From assembly GCA_029263095.1 (NCBI GenBank), contig JAJCYA010000077.1:2874-66873 (forward strand): a DNA stretch of 64,000 nucleotides. Direction: 5' to 3'. Positions 17,486 through 27,139 of the stretch are shown here, piece by piece; within the stretch, counting starts at the first letter, position 1, and the number at the start of each line of letters is the position of its first letter. The position numbers and the translations under genes were made by a program. Below the pieces are notes generated by a model. The model was given only the letters and a program-made list of their open reading frames with translations, was not told where the DNA came from and did not search any database. This DNA comes from Acidimicrobiia bacterium. Its GTDB lineage: Bacteria; Actinomycetota; Acidimicrobiia; Spongiisociales; UBA11373.

Positions 17486-18505
17486 CTACGGCCGGATGAT
17501 GGGTCGCGCCGGACCGGTTCGGTCCCCGGCGGCGAGGGCGGCCAGTAGTTCGGCGCCGTCTGCCAGGTCTACATCCATGGTTTCGGGGGCGACGACGCTC
17601 CCGTCTGCCAATGCCGCCAGAACCGTTGCGGTGTCGCCGGGGAGGCTCCCGTAGGAGCCCAATAGCGAGTACTCGTTGTTGGACCACAGGACCACCGGGA
17701 GCGACACCACCGGTTCGATCCCTACCCCTACCGCAACCGCCCGACCACCCGGACGGATCGACTTGACCGCGGCATCGACCGCCGACGCCGATCCGACGAA
17801 TTCGATGGCTGCATCCACGCCGCCGTCGCACAGCATCTTGACCTGGCGGCCCACCGAACCTCCCGGTTCCACCAGGACCGTCTCGTCCACCCCCAGGTTT
17901 GCCGCTCGCTCGAGTGCTCGGGCGTTGGTGTCGGCGACGATCACGGCTCCGGCCCCCGCCAATTGGGCGAATTGGATGCCGTAGGTGCCGAGGCCACCGG
18001 CCCCGATCACGAGGACCGATTCCCCTGCCCTGACCTGCGCCCGGCGTTCGACGGCGTGCAGTGCAGTAGCTCCGGCATCGACCGCGGTGGCGGCGGCGGC
18101 CACCGGCACCTCGGGTGGGCGGATCACGATCGAATCGACCGGTACTGCCACCAGATCGGCAAAGCCGCCATCCACGTGGATACCGAGGATGCGGGCTCGT
18201 TCACACAGATTGGGTCGGCCCTCCAAACAGCGGGGGCATGCCAGACAGAAGCGTCCCACCTCGGCCACCACCTCCGTCCCTGGGGCGAAGTCGTCGTTGG
18301 GTGCCGACACGATCCGCCCTGCCACCTCGTGACCCAGCGAGATCGGAACGTGGCCGGTACGGGCCGAACCATCGACGAAGTGCACGTCCGATCCGCATAC
18401 CCCGCAAGCCTCCACCTGGACGACGGCGGTGGCGGCATCGGCTTCGGGTGGTGGTACGTAGTCGAGGCGGACATCTCCCGGACCGTGAAGGCGGAGGGCG
18501 CGCAT
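17486..18505 (-). CDS. Zinc-dependent alcohol dehydrogenase (MDR family)
   Basis: GVCGSDVH, GHEVAGRI, CLACPRCLEGRPNLC (structural Zn site) and GAGGLGTYGIQFA (Rossmann). Start placed at MRALRLHG. Confidence 0.7.
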   Translation of the reverse strand: MRALRLHGPGDVRLDYVPPPEADAATAVVQVEACGVCGSDVHFVDGSARTGHVPISLGHEVAGRIVSAPNDDFAPGTEVVAEVGRFCLACPRCLEGRPNLCERARILGIHVDGGFADLVAVPVDSIVIRPPEVPVAAAATAVDAGATALHAVERRAQVRAGESVLVIGAGGLGTYGIQFAQLAGAGAVIVADTNARALERAANLGVDETVLVEPGGSVGRQVKMLCDGGVDAAIEFVGSASAVDAAVKSIRPGGRAVAVGVGIEPVVSLPVVLWSNNEYSLLGSYGSLPGDTATVLAALADGSVVAPETMDVDLADGAELLAALAAGDRTGPARPIIRP

Positions 18506-18628
18506 GCCGCGGATTGTCGCAGGTCGTTGGGGGGGCTGTCCGGACAAAGTGATTGCCGCGTCGCCAGGGAGGCGGACGATCGCCGCGGGTACGATTACGC
18601 CAACTTCTGAGACAACCGGGGGTTGAGC

Positions 18629-19687
18629 ATGTCCAAGATCGTCCATGTCGTCGGCACCGGAACAATCGGGGAGCCTCTCATCGGGCTACTGGCCGACGAC
18701 GCCGAGGCATTTGGGATCGACGAGGTCACGTTTCACAAGCGGACGCCGCTGATCGAGGAGCGCGCCAAGGTGCGCGACCTGGTGCGGCGGGGAGCATCTC
18801 TTGCAGTCGACGAGGATCGGCAGGCTTCGTTCGAGGAGCTGGGTCACGCTCCCAAGCTCGAGGCGCGGCACGCCGTCGAGCGGGCCTCGGTAGTGATCGA
18901 CTGCACACCGGCCGGCAACGCCAACAAGGGCGAGCTGTACTCAACGGCGCCGGGACCGCTCGGATTCCTGGCGCAGGGCTCGGAGTTCGGCTTTGGCAAG
19001 ATGTACGCCAGGGGTATCAACGATGAGGCCCTGGTGCAAGGCGACGATCGCTTCATCCAAGTTGTGTCGTGCAACACCCACAACATCTCGGTGCTCATCA
19101 AGACGCTGGCCATGGATCCCGACGGAACCTCGCACCTCAATAGTGGGCGGTTCCTGTGCCTGCGGCGTGCCAACGACATCAGCCAGGACGGTTCGTTCAT
19201 CCCAAGCCCGGTAGTCGGCAAGCACGACGATGATCGTTTTGGCACCCATCACGCCCGGGATGCTCACCACCTGTTCGAGACGCTCGACCACGACCTCCCG
19301 GTGTTCTCATCGGCGATCAAGATGAACACGCAGTACATGCACGCCCTCCACTTCAGTCTCGACCTGGATGAGGAGATGACGACGGCACAAGCGATCGAGC
19401 GGATGGCGGCCAATCCGAGGATCGCGCTCACGCACAAGCGTTCGGCCAACCAGATCTTCTCGTTCGGCAGGGATCACGGCTACTTCGGCCGCATCCTCAG
19501 CCAGACGGTGGTTCCGATCGAGACGCTGGCGGTGCGCAACGGGACCGAGTTGATCGGTTTCTGCTTTACCCCCCAGGACGGCAACGCGTTGCTGTCCTCG
19601 ATCGCCGCAACCCTCTGGTACCTCTATCCAGACGGGTTCGATGACCGGCTCGATGTGGTTCGCCGCTACCTGTTCGAAGAGGTGTGA
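18629..19687 (+). CDS. Type II (archaeal-type) glyceraldehyde-3-phosphate dehydrogenase-like oxidoreductase
   Basis: IVHVVGTGTIG (NAD-binding), IDCTPAGNANKG and the catalytic VVSCNTHN motif (compare archaeal GAPDH IDCTPEG / VVSCNTTG). Confidence 0.6.
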   Translation: MSKIVHVVGTGTIGEPLIGLLADDAEAFGIDEVTFHKRTPLIEERAKVRDLVRRGASLAVDEDRQASFEELGHAPKLEARHAVERASVVIDCTPAGNANKGELYSTAPGPLGFLAQGSEFGFGKMYARGINDEALVQGDDRFIQVVSCNTHNISVLIKTLAMDPDGTSHLNSGRFLCLRRANDISQDGSFIPSPVVGKHDDDRFGTHHARDAHHLFETLDHDLPVFSSAIKMNTQYMHALHFSLDLDEEMTTAQAIERMAANPRIALTHKRSANQIFSFGRDHGYFGRILSQTVVPIETLAVRNGTELIGFCFTPQDGNALLSSIAATLWYLYPDGFDDRLDVVRRYLFEEV

Positions 19688-20628
19688 CCGTTTCGGTCCC
19701 CAGCAGGGGAGATATCGAAGCCGCCGCCGCTCGGATCGCAGGGCACATACGAAGGACACCCGTCCTGGAGTTGCTGCACGGGGTGGGGGATGCTCCGGGC
19801 AGGGTCACCTTCAAGCTCGATCTTCTCCAACCCACAGGGTCGTTCAAGGCACGAGGTGCGTTCTCCCGTCTGCTGGCGGCGCACCCGGCACCATCACGAG
19901 TCGTGGCCGCCTCGGGAGGCAACTTCGGACTCGCAGTGGCCTACGCCGCTGCCGAGTTGGGGATGGCTGCGGACATCTTCGTCCCTGAGACCTCACCGTT
20001 GGCCAAGATCGAGCGCCTCCGTCGAATTGGGGCCTCGGTGCACGTTATTGCCGGACATTATGCAGAGGCACTCGAAGCCAGCGAGACGTGGGTCGAGACC
20101 AACGAGGCGCTCTTTGCCCACGCCTATGACCAGCCGGATGTCGTTGCCGGTCAGGGGACCTGTGGACTGGAGATGAGCGCACAGATCCCGGGAGCGGACA
20201 CGGTCCTGGTGGCCGTCGGCGGGGGAGGGCTAATTGGGGGAATCGCCTCGTGGTACCGCGACGACACGCGGGTGATCGGAGTCGAGACCGAGGGGACTCC
20301 GACACTTCACTCAGCCCGCCGGGCCGGTGGCCCAATCGATATCGAGGTGGGGGGTCTGGCGGTCTCGTCGCTCGGATCTCGCCGGCTCGGCGAGATCGCC
20401 TGGGAGGCCTCGCGTCGCTGGATCGATGATTCGATCCTGGTGAGCGACGAGGCCACAGCAGCTGCACAGGGGTGGTTGTGGGACAACTGCCGCCTGGCCG
20501 TCGAACCGGGAGCGGCGACGCCCGTGGCTGCATTGCTGTCGGGGGCCTACGTCCCCGATCCCGATGAGCATGTGGCGGTTCTGGTGTGTGGCGCCAATGT
20601 CGATCCGGGCAGCGTTGTTTCCGGTTGA
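19684..20628 (+). CDS. PLP-dependent threonine/serine dehydratase (fold type II)
   Basis: LQPTGSFKARGA PLP-lysine motif and a GGGGLIGG glycine loop. GTG start overlaps the upstream stop. Confidence 0.75.
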   Translation: MTVSVPSRGDIEAAAARIAGHIRRTPVLELLHGVGDAPGRVTFKLDLLQPTGSFKARGAFSRLLAAHPAPSRVVAASGGNFGLAVAYAAAELGMAADIFVPETSPLAKIERLRRIGASVHVIAGHYAEALEASETWVETNEALFAHAYDQPDVVAGQGTCGLEMSAQIPGADTVLVAVGGGGLIGGIASWYRDDTRVIGVETEGTPTLHSARRAGGPIDIEVGGLAVSSLGSRRLGEIAWEASRRWIDDSILVSDEATAAAQGWLWDNCRLAVEPGAATPVAALLSGAYVPDPDEHVAVLVCGANVDPGSVVSG

Positions 20629-20637
20629 CGCCGGGAG

Positions 20638-21708
20638 CTAGAGCACCTGTGAAATCATCTCGATGGCACGAGCGTTGTCATCTTCGGTTCCAACCGTCAC
20701 TCTGATCCACGGCCCCATCGGGCGCATCATCACACCGGATTGGAGCAATTCTGCGGCCAGCAGCGCCGGGTCCTCGGAGGGTTCCCACAGGACGAAGTTG
20801 GTTTGGCTGTCGATCACGCTCTGATCGAGTTGGCGCAGCTGCTGTGCCAGGAACGTTCGTCCGGCGGCGTTGGATTCGACCCGGCGCGCCACCAGATCCT
20901 GATGCTTTAGGGCTTCGATTGCTGCAACCTGAGCAAGGGTTCCGGTTGCATATGGCGCCTGCGGCCGTCGCAGCGCCCGAATGGTCGCCGGATCACCGAT
21001 CGCATACCCGACCCTCATCCCAGCGAGTCCATACACCTTTGAGAACGTTCGGCTCACAATGACGTTGTCGTGGTCGTTGGTCAGCGGGATTGCGCTGGAG
21101 TAGTCGGCGGCATCCACGTACTCGGCGTACGCCTCGTCGAAGACGATCGTGACCGAGTCGGGTACCAACTCGACCAGCCTGCGAATATCGGCCTCGCTGG
21201 AGTGGGTCCCGGTCGGGTTGTTGGGGTTGCAGTAGTACACCACGGCCGTGTCGGGGCGCACCGCGGCGGCCATGCCCTCCGGGTCGAGCCTCCATGCACC
21301 GTCGAGCGGTATCGCCAGCGGTTCGGCACCTGCAAGCAATGAGGCCATCCGGTAGACGACAAATGACGGGTTGCCGAATACGACGGAGGTTCCCGGACCG
21401 GATGTGGAGAGTGCGATCGAGGTCAGAATCGAAGTGCTGCCCGGACCCACCCAGAACCGATCCGGGGCGATGTCGTACAGATCGGCCAGCGATTCGACCA
21501 GATAGTCGGCGTTGCTGAGCGGATAGCGATTGATCGTCGCCAGGGCCGCTGCGACGGCCGCCTGAACCTCGGGGAAGGGCGGGGAGGGACACTCGTTGGC
21601 GGCGAGTTCGATGATCCGGTCCAGCCCGAGATCGGATGCCAGTTCGGCGGTGGGGCGCCCCGGATCGTATGCCGGGATGTCCTCCAAATCTGGTCGGTAT
21701 CTGGGCAG
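20638..21708 (-). CDS. hisC: Histidinol-phosphate aminotransferase family (class II aminotransferase)
   Basis: YYCNPNNPTGT and SRTFSKVYGLAGMRVGY motifs. Start uncertain: a perfect SD AAGGAGG precedes a CTG at 21708, a TTG at 21687 is an alternative, and the ATG-containing upstream part of the ORF is Arg-rich and overlaps the tetR promoter. Not in a his-operon context. Confidence 0.7.
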   Translation of the reverse strand: MPRYRPDLEDIPAYDPGRPTAELASDLGLDRIIELAANECPSPPFPEVQAAVAAALATINRYPLSNADYLVESLADLYDIAPDRFWVGPGSTSILTSIALSTSGPGTSVVFGNPSFVVYRMASLLAGAEPLAIPLDGAWRLDPEGMAAAVRPDTAVVYYCNPNNPTGTHSSEADIRRLVELVPDSVTIVFDEAYAEYVDAADYSSAIPLTNDHDNVIVSRTFSKVYGLAGMRVGYAIGDPATIRALRRPQAPYATGTLAQVAAIEALKHQDLVARRVESNAAGRTFLAQQLRQLDQSVIDSQTNFVLWEPSEDPALLAAELLQSGVMMRPMGPWIRVTVGTEDDNARAIEMISQVL

Positions 21709-21807
21709 CGGAACCCTCCTTGTTGCTCCTCGGCGACCGCGGTGGCCGGGCCGGGGGAGGGGAGAGAGTCTACCAATCCACCCGCGACGGCCATCGGCCG
21801 GACCCTC

Positions 21808-21862
21808 TTGACACCTTGAATGTGGTGACATAGAGTTCTACCGACCGACTGACCGGTCGGTC
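21808..21862. promoter_or_regulatory. Consensus-like promoter (TTGACA-17nt-TAGAGT) plus a 7-bp inverted repeat (GACCGAC-n6-GTCGGTC), candidate TetR operator upstream of the tetR-bcr operon
   Basis: Seen directly at 21808-21836 and 21843-21862, about 20 nt before the SD/GTG of tetR. Confidence 0.45.
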
Positions 21863-21882
21863 ACAGTGAGCACGGAGGAAAC

Positions 21883-22542
21883 GTGACCGGGAACAGGACC
21901 GGGGACGAGGCCAAGGGTGGAGACGGGTTCGGCAACAGGTCCGAGACCAGGGCAGAGGCAACGGCGGCTCGGATTGTCGGCGCTGCCCGCGGTCTGTTTC
22001 TTGCCAAGAGCTACGCCGAGGTGACGACCGACCTCATCGCACGAGCCGCTGATGTGACCAAGGGTGGCTTGTATCACCACTTTCCGAGCAAGGAATCGTT
22101 GTACCTCTCGATGATGCTGGAGGAGCTGGACCGCAAGCGGCTCCTCTTCGAGAAGGCCGTCGCCATGGCGGGCGACTCCCGTGAACGGCTGGCCCGGCTG
22201 ACCAGAGACTTCCTCGACCTCCCGACCGACGAGCGCGAGTTGATGCGCCTCGTGCGGCGTGACATCAACATCTTCGATGGCGTCGAGCGCGACCAGTTGG
22301 TGCGCGCCTATCAGCGGGCCCTTCCCGAGCAGGTCGAAGCGATCCTGCGCGACGGGATCCGAGATGGCGAGCTGAGCGTCGCCGACCCCCGACTGCTCTC
22401 CTGGTCGTTTGTGGCATTGGTCGAGATCGTGATCGGGGACTACGCGCATCGGGCCCTGGGTGATACCGGAGCTCGTCTCGATCATGTGTTGGAGCTGTTC
22501 TTCGGCGGAGCCGCCGCCCGCAGGGTCGGGGCGGCTGTATGA
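21883..22542 (+). CDS. TetR-family transcriptional regulator, first gene of the bcr-like operon
   Basis: ARGLFLAKSYAEVTTDLIARAADVTKGGLYHHFPSKESL HTH. Its stop overlaps the next gene's start (ATGA). Confidence 0.7.
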   Translation: MTGNRTGDEAKGGDGFGNRSETRAEATAARIVGAARGLFLAKSYAEVTTDLIARAADVTKGGLYHHFPSKESLYLSMMLEELDRKRLLFEKAVAMAGDSRERLARLTRDFLDLPTDERELMRLVRRDINIFDGVERDQLVRAYQRALPEQVEAILRDGIRDGELSVADPRLLSWSFVALVEIVIGDYAHRALGDTGARLDHVLELFFGGAAARRVGAAV

Positions 22543-23714
22543 CAACGATGACGACTCGGGTGTTTCCGGAGTGGCGCGACAAGTCCCTCGACGACTCCTT
22601 GCTGGAGTGCCGCGACCTGGTGGAGTCGGCAGAGTTCGAGACGGTTGCTAGATGGCGCGAGGGTGGGGGTTTGGTCGCCGGCCATTTTCAGGTGTACTTC
22701 CCCGAGGAGATTGTGGAGGCCGCAGGGATGCTCGCCTTCAAGATGCGGGGAGCACCGCTCGAACCCGATCAAGCGGACTCTCATTTCGGCTCCTACCTGT
22801 GCTCGATCCTCAAGACGTCTCTAGAGCTGTCGCTGAGCGGGACGGCCGAGTTGGACGTGTTCTTCTCGCACCCGATTTGCGATGCCGCCCGCAACCTGGC
22901 GGCGATCTGGGGCCGCAACTTCGACTACCCGAGCCAGATTGTGTACCTACCGCAGAACCCCAACTCATCGGGGAGCGTCGAGTACCTGCGTCACGAGTAC
23001 GACCGGGTGCGTCGGGTGGTGGAGGAGGTGTCGGGTCGTGAGATCACCGACGACGATCTGCGCAGATCGATCGAGGTGTTCAACGAGAATCGCCGGCTTC
23101 TTCGTGAGCTGTACGACATCAAGTCGGAGACCCCTTGGCTGATCACCGCCGAGGATGCATACGCGCTGGTGGCGCTGGCCGGGATGATGCCGCGCCGAGA
23201 GCACAACGAGCTGCTGGCGACACTGCTCCCACAGATCAGGGAGCGCACCGCCAAGAAGGAGGACCGAATTCGGTTGGTGTTCGAGGGGGGCTTCTGCGAG
23301 CAGCCGCCGTTCGACCTGATCCGGATGCTGGGTCGGACCAGCTACGTCGTCGACGATGACTTCCTGATCGGGTTGCGTTGGATCACATCGGACGTGCCCA
23401 CCGAAGGAGACCCACTCACCAACCTGGCCGAGGCGTATATCGAGCAGTCGAGCTACAGCCCGGTGCAGCACGATCTGCGCAAGCCGAAGGAGAAGATGCT
23501 GCTGGAGCGGATTCGAGAGTCGGGGGCCGAGGCCGCCGTTCTCGCCGCCGCCAAGATGTGCGAGCCGGGGCTCGAAGAGCAGGTGGCCTACACCCACGCG
23601 CTCGACGAGGCTGGCATTTCCTACTTCGTGTCGGAATTCGAGGAGAACATGAGCTCGTTCGACCAGCTGGAGATGCAGCTCGAGACCTTTGTAGAGAACC
23701 TGCTCTTTGCATGA
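22539..23714 (+). CDS. bcrC: Benzoyl-CoA reductase subunit C / BzdN / HgdB-like (2-hydroxyacyl-CoA dehydratase family, PF06050)
   Basis: 391-aa HGD-D family member, first of a C-B-ATPase-ATPase cluster in the same order as bcrCBAD. Assignment to BCR rather than dehydratase rests on context. Confidence 0.65.
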   Translation: MTTMTTRVFPEWRDKSLDDSLLECRDLVESAEFETVARWREGGGLVAGHFQVYFPEEIVEAAGMLAFKMRGAPLEPDQADSHFGSYLCSILKTSLELSLSGTAELDVFFSHPICDAARNLAAIWGRNFDYPSQIVYLPQNPNSSGSVEYLRHEYDRVRRVVEEVSGREITDDDLRRSIEVFNENRRLLRELYDIKSETPWLITAEDAYALVALAGMMPRREHNELLATLLPQIRERTAKKEDRIRLVFEGGFCEQPPFDLIRMLGRTSYVVDDDFLIGLRWITSDVPTEGDPLTNLAEAYIEQSSYSPVQHDLRKPKEKMLLERIRESGAEAAVLAAAKMCEPGLEEQVAYTHALDEAGISYFVSEFEENMSSFDQLEMQLETFVENLLFA

Positions 23715-25021
23715 TGGAGGAAGGCATGAACAGTGAGGCTGCGGTGGATCTGGTGGGCAGGGGCAACCGGGAGGGTGCCGCGCTGTTTCGCGACTGGTTC
23801 GACGAGCTGAACACGACTGCCACCAGCGGTGGGCAGGCCGCCTACGTGTTCGTCATGGGGAGCATCAACGAGATCCTGAAGTCGTTCGATCTGCCGGTCG
23901 TGTTCCCTGAGATCAACTCTTTGCAGACTGCGGTGCGGCGCGTCGCCCACGAGTACCTGGAGGAAGCCGAGGACTACGGCTATTCGCCCGATATCTGCGG
24001 CTACGTCAAGGCCGACGTCGCCACCCAGTTACGCGGTGGCGAACACCCGATGGGTCAGATTCCACCCCCGACGCTCTCGGTGCTCACCAATGCCTGCAAC
24101 ACCTACATCAAGTGGGCCGAGATCTGGGAGCGGATGTACGACTGCCCCACATTTACTCTCGACGTGCCGGGTACTCGCCAGTCGGGTCGGCAGACCTGGC
24201 GGGGCGACTCCGATTTCGAGGCAGATCGCAAGTACGTCGAGGTACAGCTGCGTGAGCTGATCACCGTCTGCGAGGCGGTGACTGGCCGCAAGTTCGACAT
24301 CGACAAGTTTCGCGAAGTCCTCACCCACGCCAACACGATGAGCCGATCCTGGAATCGGATACTCGAACTCAATCAGTCCAAGCCGGCCCTGTTCAGTGCT
24401 CTCACCGACGGCACGATCTTCCTTGGGGTAGCCAACGGGTTCAGGGGAACGGAGGCCGGTGCTCGCTACTTCGAGCGGCTGGTCGAGGAGATGGAGTACA
24501 AGGCAGCCAACGGGATAGGGACCACCATCGAGGAGGAGTACCGCCTCCTGTTCGTGGGAGTGCCCTGCTACCCGATCTTTCGCCGGTTCAATGAGCTGTT
24601 TACCGACTGGGGAGGCACGTTCGTCAACTCCACCTACCTGTGGTTCGCCTCGGGCGGGACCAACCGCGGTTTCGAGTACGACCTCAAAGACCCGATTGCC
24701 AGCCTGGCCGAGGGGGTATTGGTGAGCGTGCGGGATGCCATGGACGCCATGTTCCATCAGGACGTCGTGCTGGCAGACATGGTCGACGACTTTGGGGCGG
24801 ACGGGGTGATCTACCACCCGATCAAGAGCTGTCGGACCGTCTCCACCGGGCTGGCAGACGGGCGCCGCTATCTGACCAAGGAGCGCGACATCCCCACCCT
24901 GTTCATCGAGTCGGACATGATGGATCGCAGGGTGGTCTCGGAAGCACAGATGAAGAACCGCATCGACGCCTTCTTCGAAGGCTTGGCGTCGCGTCGCCAG
25001 ATGGCTGGAACGAAAGGATGA
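23711..25021 (+). CDS. bcrB: Benzoyl-CoA reductase subunit B / BzdO / HgdA-like (PF06050)
   Basis: 437 aa after trimming the 111 Arg-rich leading codons. Start [10 protein letters not shown] overlaps the upstream stop (ATGA). Confidence 0.65.
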   Translation: MMEEGMNSEAAVDLVGRGNREGAALFRDWFDELNTTATSGGQAAYVFVMGSINEILKSFDLPVVFPEINSLQTAVRRVAHEYLEEAEDYGYSPDICGYVKADVATQLRGGEHPMGQIPPPTLSVLTNACNTYIKWAEIWERMYDCPTFTLDVPGTRQSGRQTWRGDSDFEADRKYVEVQLRELITVCEAVTGRKFDIDKFREVLTHANTMSRSWNRILELNQSKPALFSALTDGTIFLGVANGFRGTEAGARYFERLVEEMEYKAANGIGTTIEEEYRLLFVGVPCYPIFRRFNELFTDWGGTFVNSTYLWFASGGTNRGFEYDLKDPIASLAEGVLVSVRDAMDAMFHQDVVLADMVDDFGADGVIYHPIKSCRTVSTGLADGRRYLTKERDIPTLFIESDMMDRRVVSEAQMKNRIDAFFEGLASRRQMAGTKG

Positions 25022-25031
25022 GGTGCCACCC

Positions 25032-25853
25032 ATGGCTTATGCAGCCGGAGTAGATGTCGGCTCCACCCAGACGAAGGCCGTGATCATCGGCGAGGACCGC
25101 CGTATCGCGGGGCGTTCACTGCTGGACACGGGGGCCAACGTCATAAAGGCGGCGGAATCCGCCTATATGGCCGCGCTCGAACAAGGGGGGATCGAGGAGA
25201 GAGAGGTCGAGTACGTCGTCGGGACCGGATACGGACGATATCGGGTCACCTTCGGAAACACCCAGGTCACCGAGATCAGCTGCCACGGCCGGGGAGCAGT
25301 CCATCTGTTTCCCAACACCAGGACCGTTGTCGACATGGGGGGACAGGACACCAAGGCGATCAGCGTCAGTCCCCAGGGTGAGATCACCGACTTCTGTATG
25401 AATGACAAGTGTGCCGCCGGAACCGGCCGCTTTCTAGGAGCCGCAGCAGCGGCTCTCGACATTCCCCTCGACGATCTGGGATCGATCTCGCTGAAGTCGG
25501 ACAGACCCATCAAGATCAGCACCACTTGTACGGTCTTCGCCGAATCCGAGGTGCTCGCCTGGATCGGCAAGGGCAAGAAGATCGAGGACATCCTGTCTGG
25601 GGTGCACAAGTCGATTGCCTCCAGATCGGCCGCTCTGATGCGGAGGGTGGGGATCGACGATGAAGTGACCTTTACCGGCGGCGTTTCGCGCAACGAAGGC
25701 ATGGTGAAGGCACTCGAGGACAGGCTCGGTACTCGACTCAACATCAGCGACGATTGCCACTACATGGGGGCACTCGGCGCCGCCCTGTTTGCACTCGATC
25801 ACGTTGTTGCCGGCCGGGCTCCGGCCGCCGAGGGAGCGGGGGTCTCGGCGTGA
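25032..25853 (+). CDS. BadF/BadG/BcrA/BcrD/HgdC-type ATPase (activase) subunit
   Basis: [12 protein letters not shown] (actin-fold phosphate-1) and [11 protein letters not shown] (cluster-binding Cys motif). Confidence 0.75.
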   Translation: MAYAAGVDVGSTQTKAVIIGEDRRIAGRSLLDTGANVIKAAESAYMAALEQGGIEEREVEYVVGTGYGRYRVTFGNTQVTEISCHGRGAVHLFPNTRTVVDMGGQDTKAISVSPQGEITDFCMNDKCAAGTGRFLGAAAAALDIPLDDLGSISLKSDRPIKISTTCTVFAESEVLAWIGKGKKIEDILSGVHKSIASRSAALMRRVGIDDEVTFTGGVSRNEGMVKALEDRLGTRLNISDDCHYMGALGAALFALDHVVAGRAPAAEGAGVSA

Positions 25854-26662
25854 TGGTCACAGCAGGGCTCGATGTCGGATCGACGTATACGAAGGTCGTG
25901 ATCCAGGCCGGTGACGGTTCGATCCTCGGCAATGCTGCGGCTCCCACGGGTTTTCGACTGCGGGAGCAGGCCAGGGACACCTACGACAGGGCACTCGCCG
26001 AGGCAGGAATCTCCGAATCCGATGTCGACTACGTGGTGGCCACCGGGATCGGTCGTCACCAGGTCGACTTCAAGGATCTCCACGTGACCGACCTCACCGC
26101 CAGCGCCAGGGGAGCGCACTTCCTGTTCCCGGAGACCCGGACCATTCTCGATATCGGCGGTCAGACGATGAAGGCCAGCCGGATCGACGGTGTTGCCAAG
26201 GTTCTCTCATTCCGCCTCAACGACAAGTGTGCCGCCGGGACCGGCGCCTTCCTGGAGAAGACCGCTCGCTACATGGGGTACACGACCAGCGAGATCGGTC
26301 CGCTGATGTCGACTTCGAAGGATCCGGTGCCGATATCGGGGGTTTGTGCGGTGTTTGCCGAGTCCGAGGTGATCAACCACCTATCTCTGGGGACTGCACC
26401 CGCCGACATCATGCAGGGTGCGATCGAATCGCTGACCAATCGGGCGGTTCAACTGATGAAGCGCGTCAGGGCCGAACCCGAACACACGCTTGTCGGGGGC
26501 ATCCTCAGGTTCGAGACCATGGGTCGCTCCGTGAGTGAGACTCTGGGGGCAGATGTCAATGTCCCTGATCCCGAAATGGTTCAGTTCGTCTCGGCCCTGG
26601 GGTGCGCCATCCTCGCCCGACTCCGGTTGGAGAAGCTGGCGGCGACGGGAGCAGCGGTGTGA
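25853..26662 (+). CDS. Second BadF/BadG/BcrA/BcrD/HgdC-type ATPase subunit
   Basis: AGLDVGSTYTKV and [11 protein letters not shown] motifs. TGATG overlap with the upstream gene. Two ATPase genes is the BCR signature; dehydratases have one. Confidence 0.75.
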   Translation: MVTAGLDVGSTYTKVVIQAGDGSILGNAAAPTGFRLREQARDTYDRALAEAGISESDVDYVVATGIGRHQVDFKDLHVTDLTASARGAHFLFPETRTILDIGGQTMKASRIDGVAKVLSFRLNDKCAAGTGAFLEKTARYMGYTTSEIGPLMSTSKDPVPISGVCAVFAESEVINHLSLGTAPADIMQGAIESLTNRAVQLMKRVRAEPEHTLVGGILRFETMGRSVSETLGADVNVPDPEMVQFVSALGCAILARLRLEKLAATGAAV

Positions 26663-26910
26663 GCACGCCGGTCCGTATCACCGGATTGACTATCGGCGAT
26701 GCCCCCGAGCTGGCTGCGGGCGGTTGGGTCCGGCGCGCCGTGACCGATGCCCAACGAGCCGAGGAGCAGGGACAGCTCTATTCGGAGATCGGCTTCGAAG
26801 TGATGCTGCGTCCCCTCGATGACTCGAGTTACGCCGAAGACTGCACCGGTTGCGCCGCGGGGCCGACTTCGGTCATTGTCTACACCCGTAGGCCCCAAGC
26901 CGCCTCCTAA
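26659..26910 (+). CDS. Hypothetical small protein with a single CxxC, translationally coupled to the ATPase gene
   Basis: GTG start overlaps the upstream TGA (GTGA). Not a canonical 2x[4Fe-4S] ferredoxin. Confidence 0.3.
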   Translation: MSTPVRITGLTIGDAPELAAGGWVRRAVTDAQRAEEQGQLYSEIGFEVMLRPLDDSSYAEDCTGCAAGPTSVIVYTRRPQAAS

Positions 26911-26936
26911 TCGCTCCTCTCTCGGGAGGGGATTCT

Positions 26937-27120
26937 GATCACTCTCCCCTTTGGGTGTCGGGTTGCGCGACAGGGCCGAAGATCGTTGGCTTCTTCTGGA
27001 CTACTCCCCCTCGGAGGGGGAGACAGCGAGCGAAGCGAGCTGGTGGGGGGGAAAGCTCAAGAACCCCCCATCCCCCTCGTCGCTGCGCTCCTCACGGACT
27101 TCCCCCACAAGGGGGGAAAG
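26937..27120. repeat. Third, rearranged copy of the 12.1-kb repeat family
   Basis: Shares the 5' end tgatcactctcccctttggg, then carries the reverse complement of the unit's 3' half (ctactccccctcggagggggag..gctggtgggggggaaagct). Flanked by gattct on both sides; between convergent genes. Confidence 0.65.
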
Positions 27121-27139
27121 ATTCTCCTTCTTGTGCCCG

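Noticed and set aside
22539-26662. Annotation of the four-gene cluster as a 2-hydroxyacyl-CoA dehydratase (HgdAB + HgdC)
   Set aside because: Dehydratase systems carry a single activase gene. Here two ATPase genes follow the two large subunits in bcrCBAD order, and dch/had/bamA and hcrCAB are adjacent. The dehydratase reading cannot be fully excluded without phylogeny.
26602-26910. 102-aa ORF starting at 26602 inside the second ATPase gene
   Set aside because: The first 19 codons overlap the ATPase coding region in another frame. A GTG at 26659 overlapping the ATPase stop (GTGA) is the more plausible start, and even so the gene call is weak.
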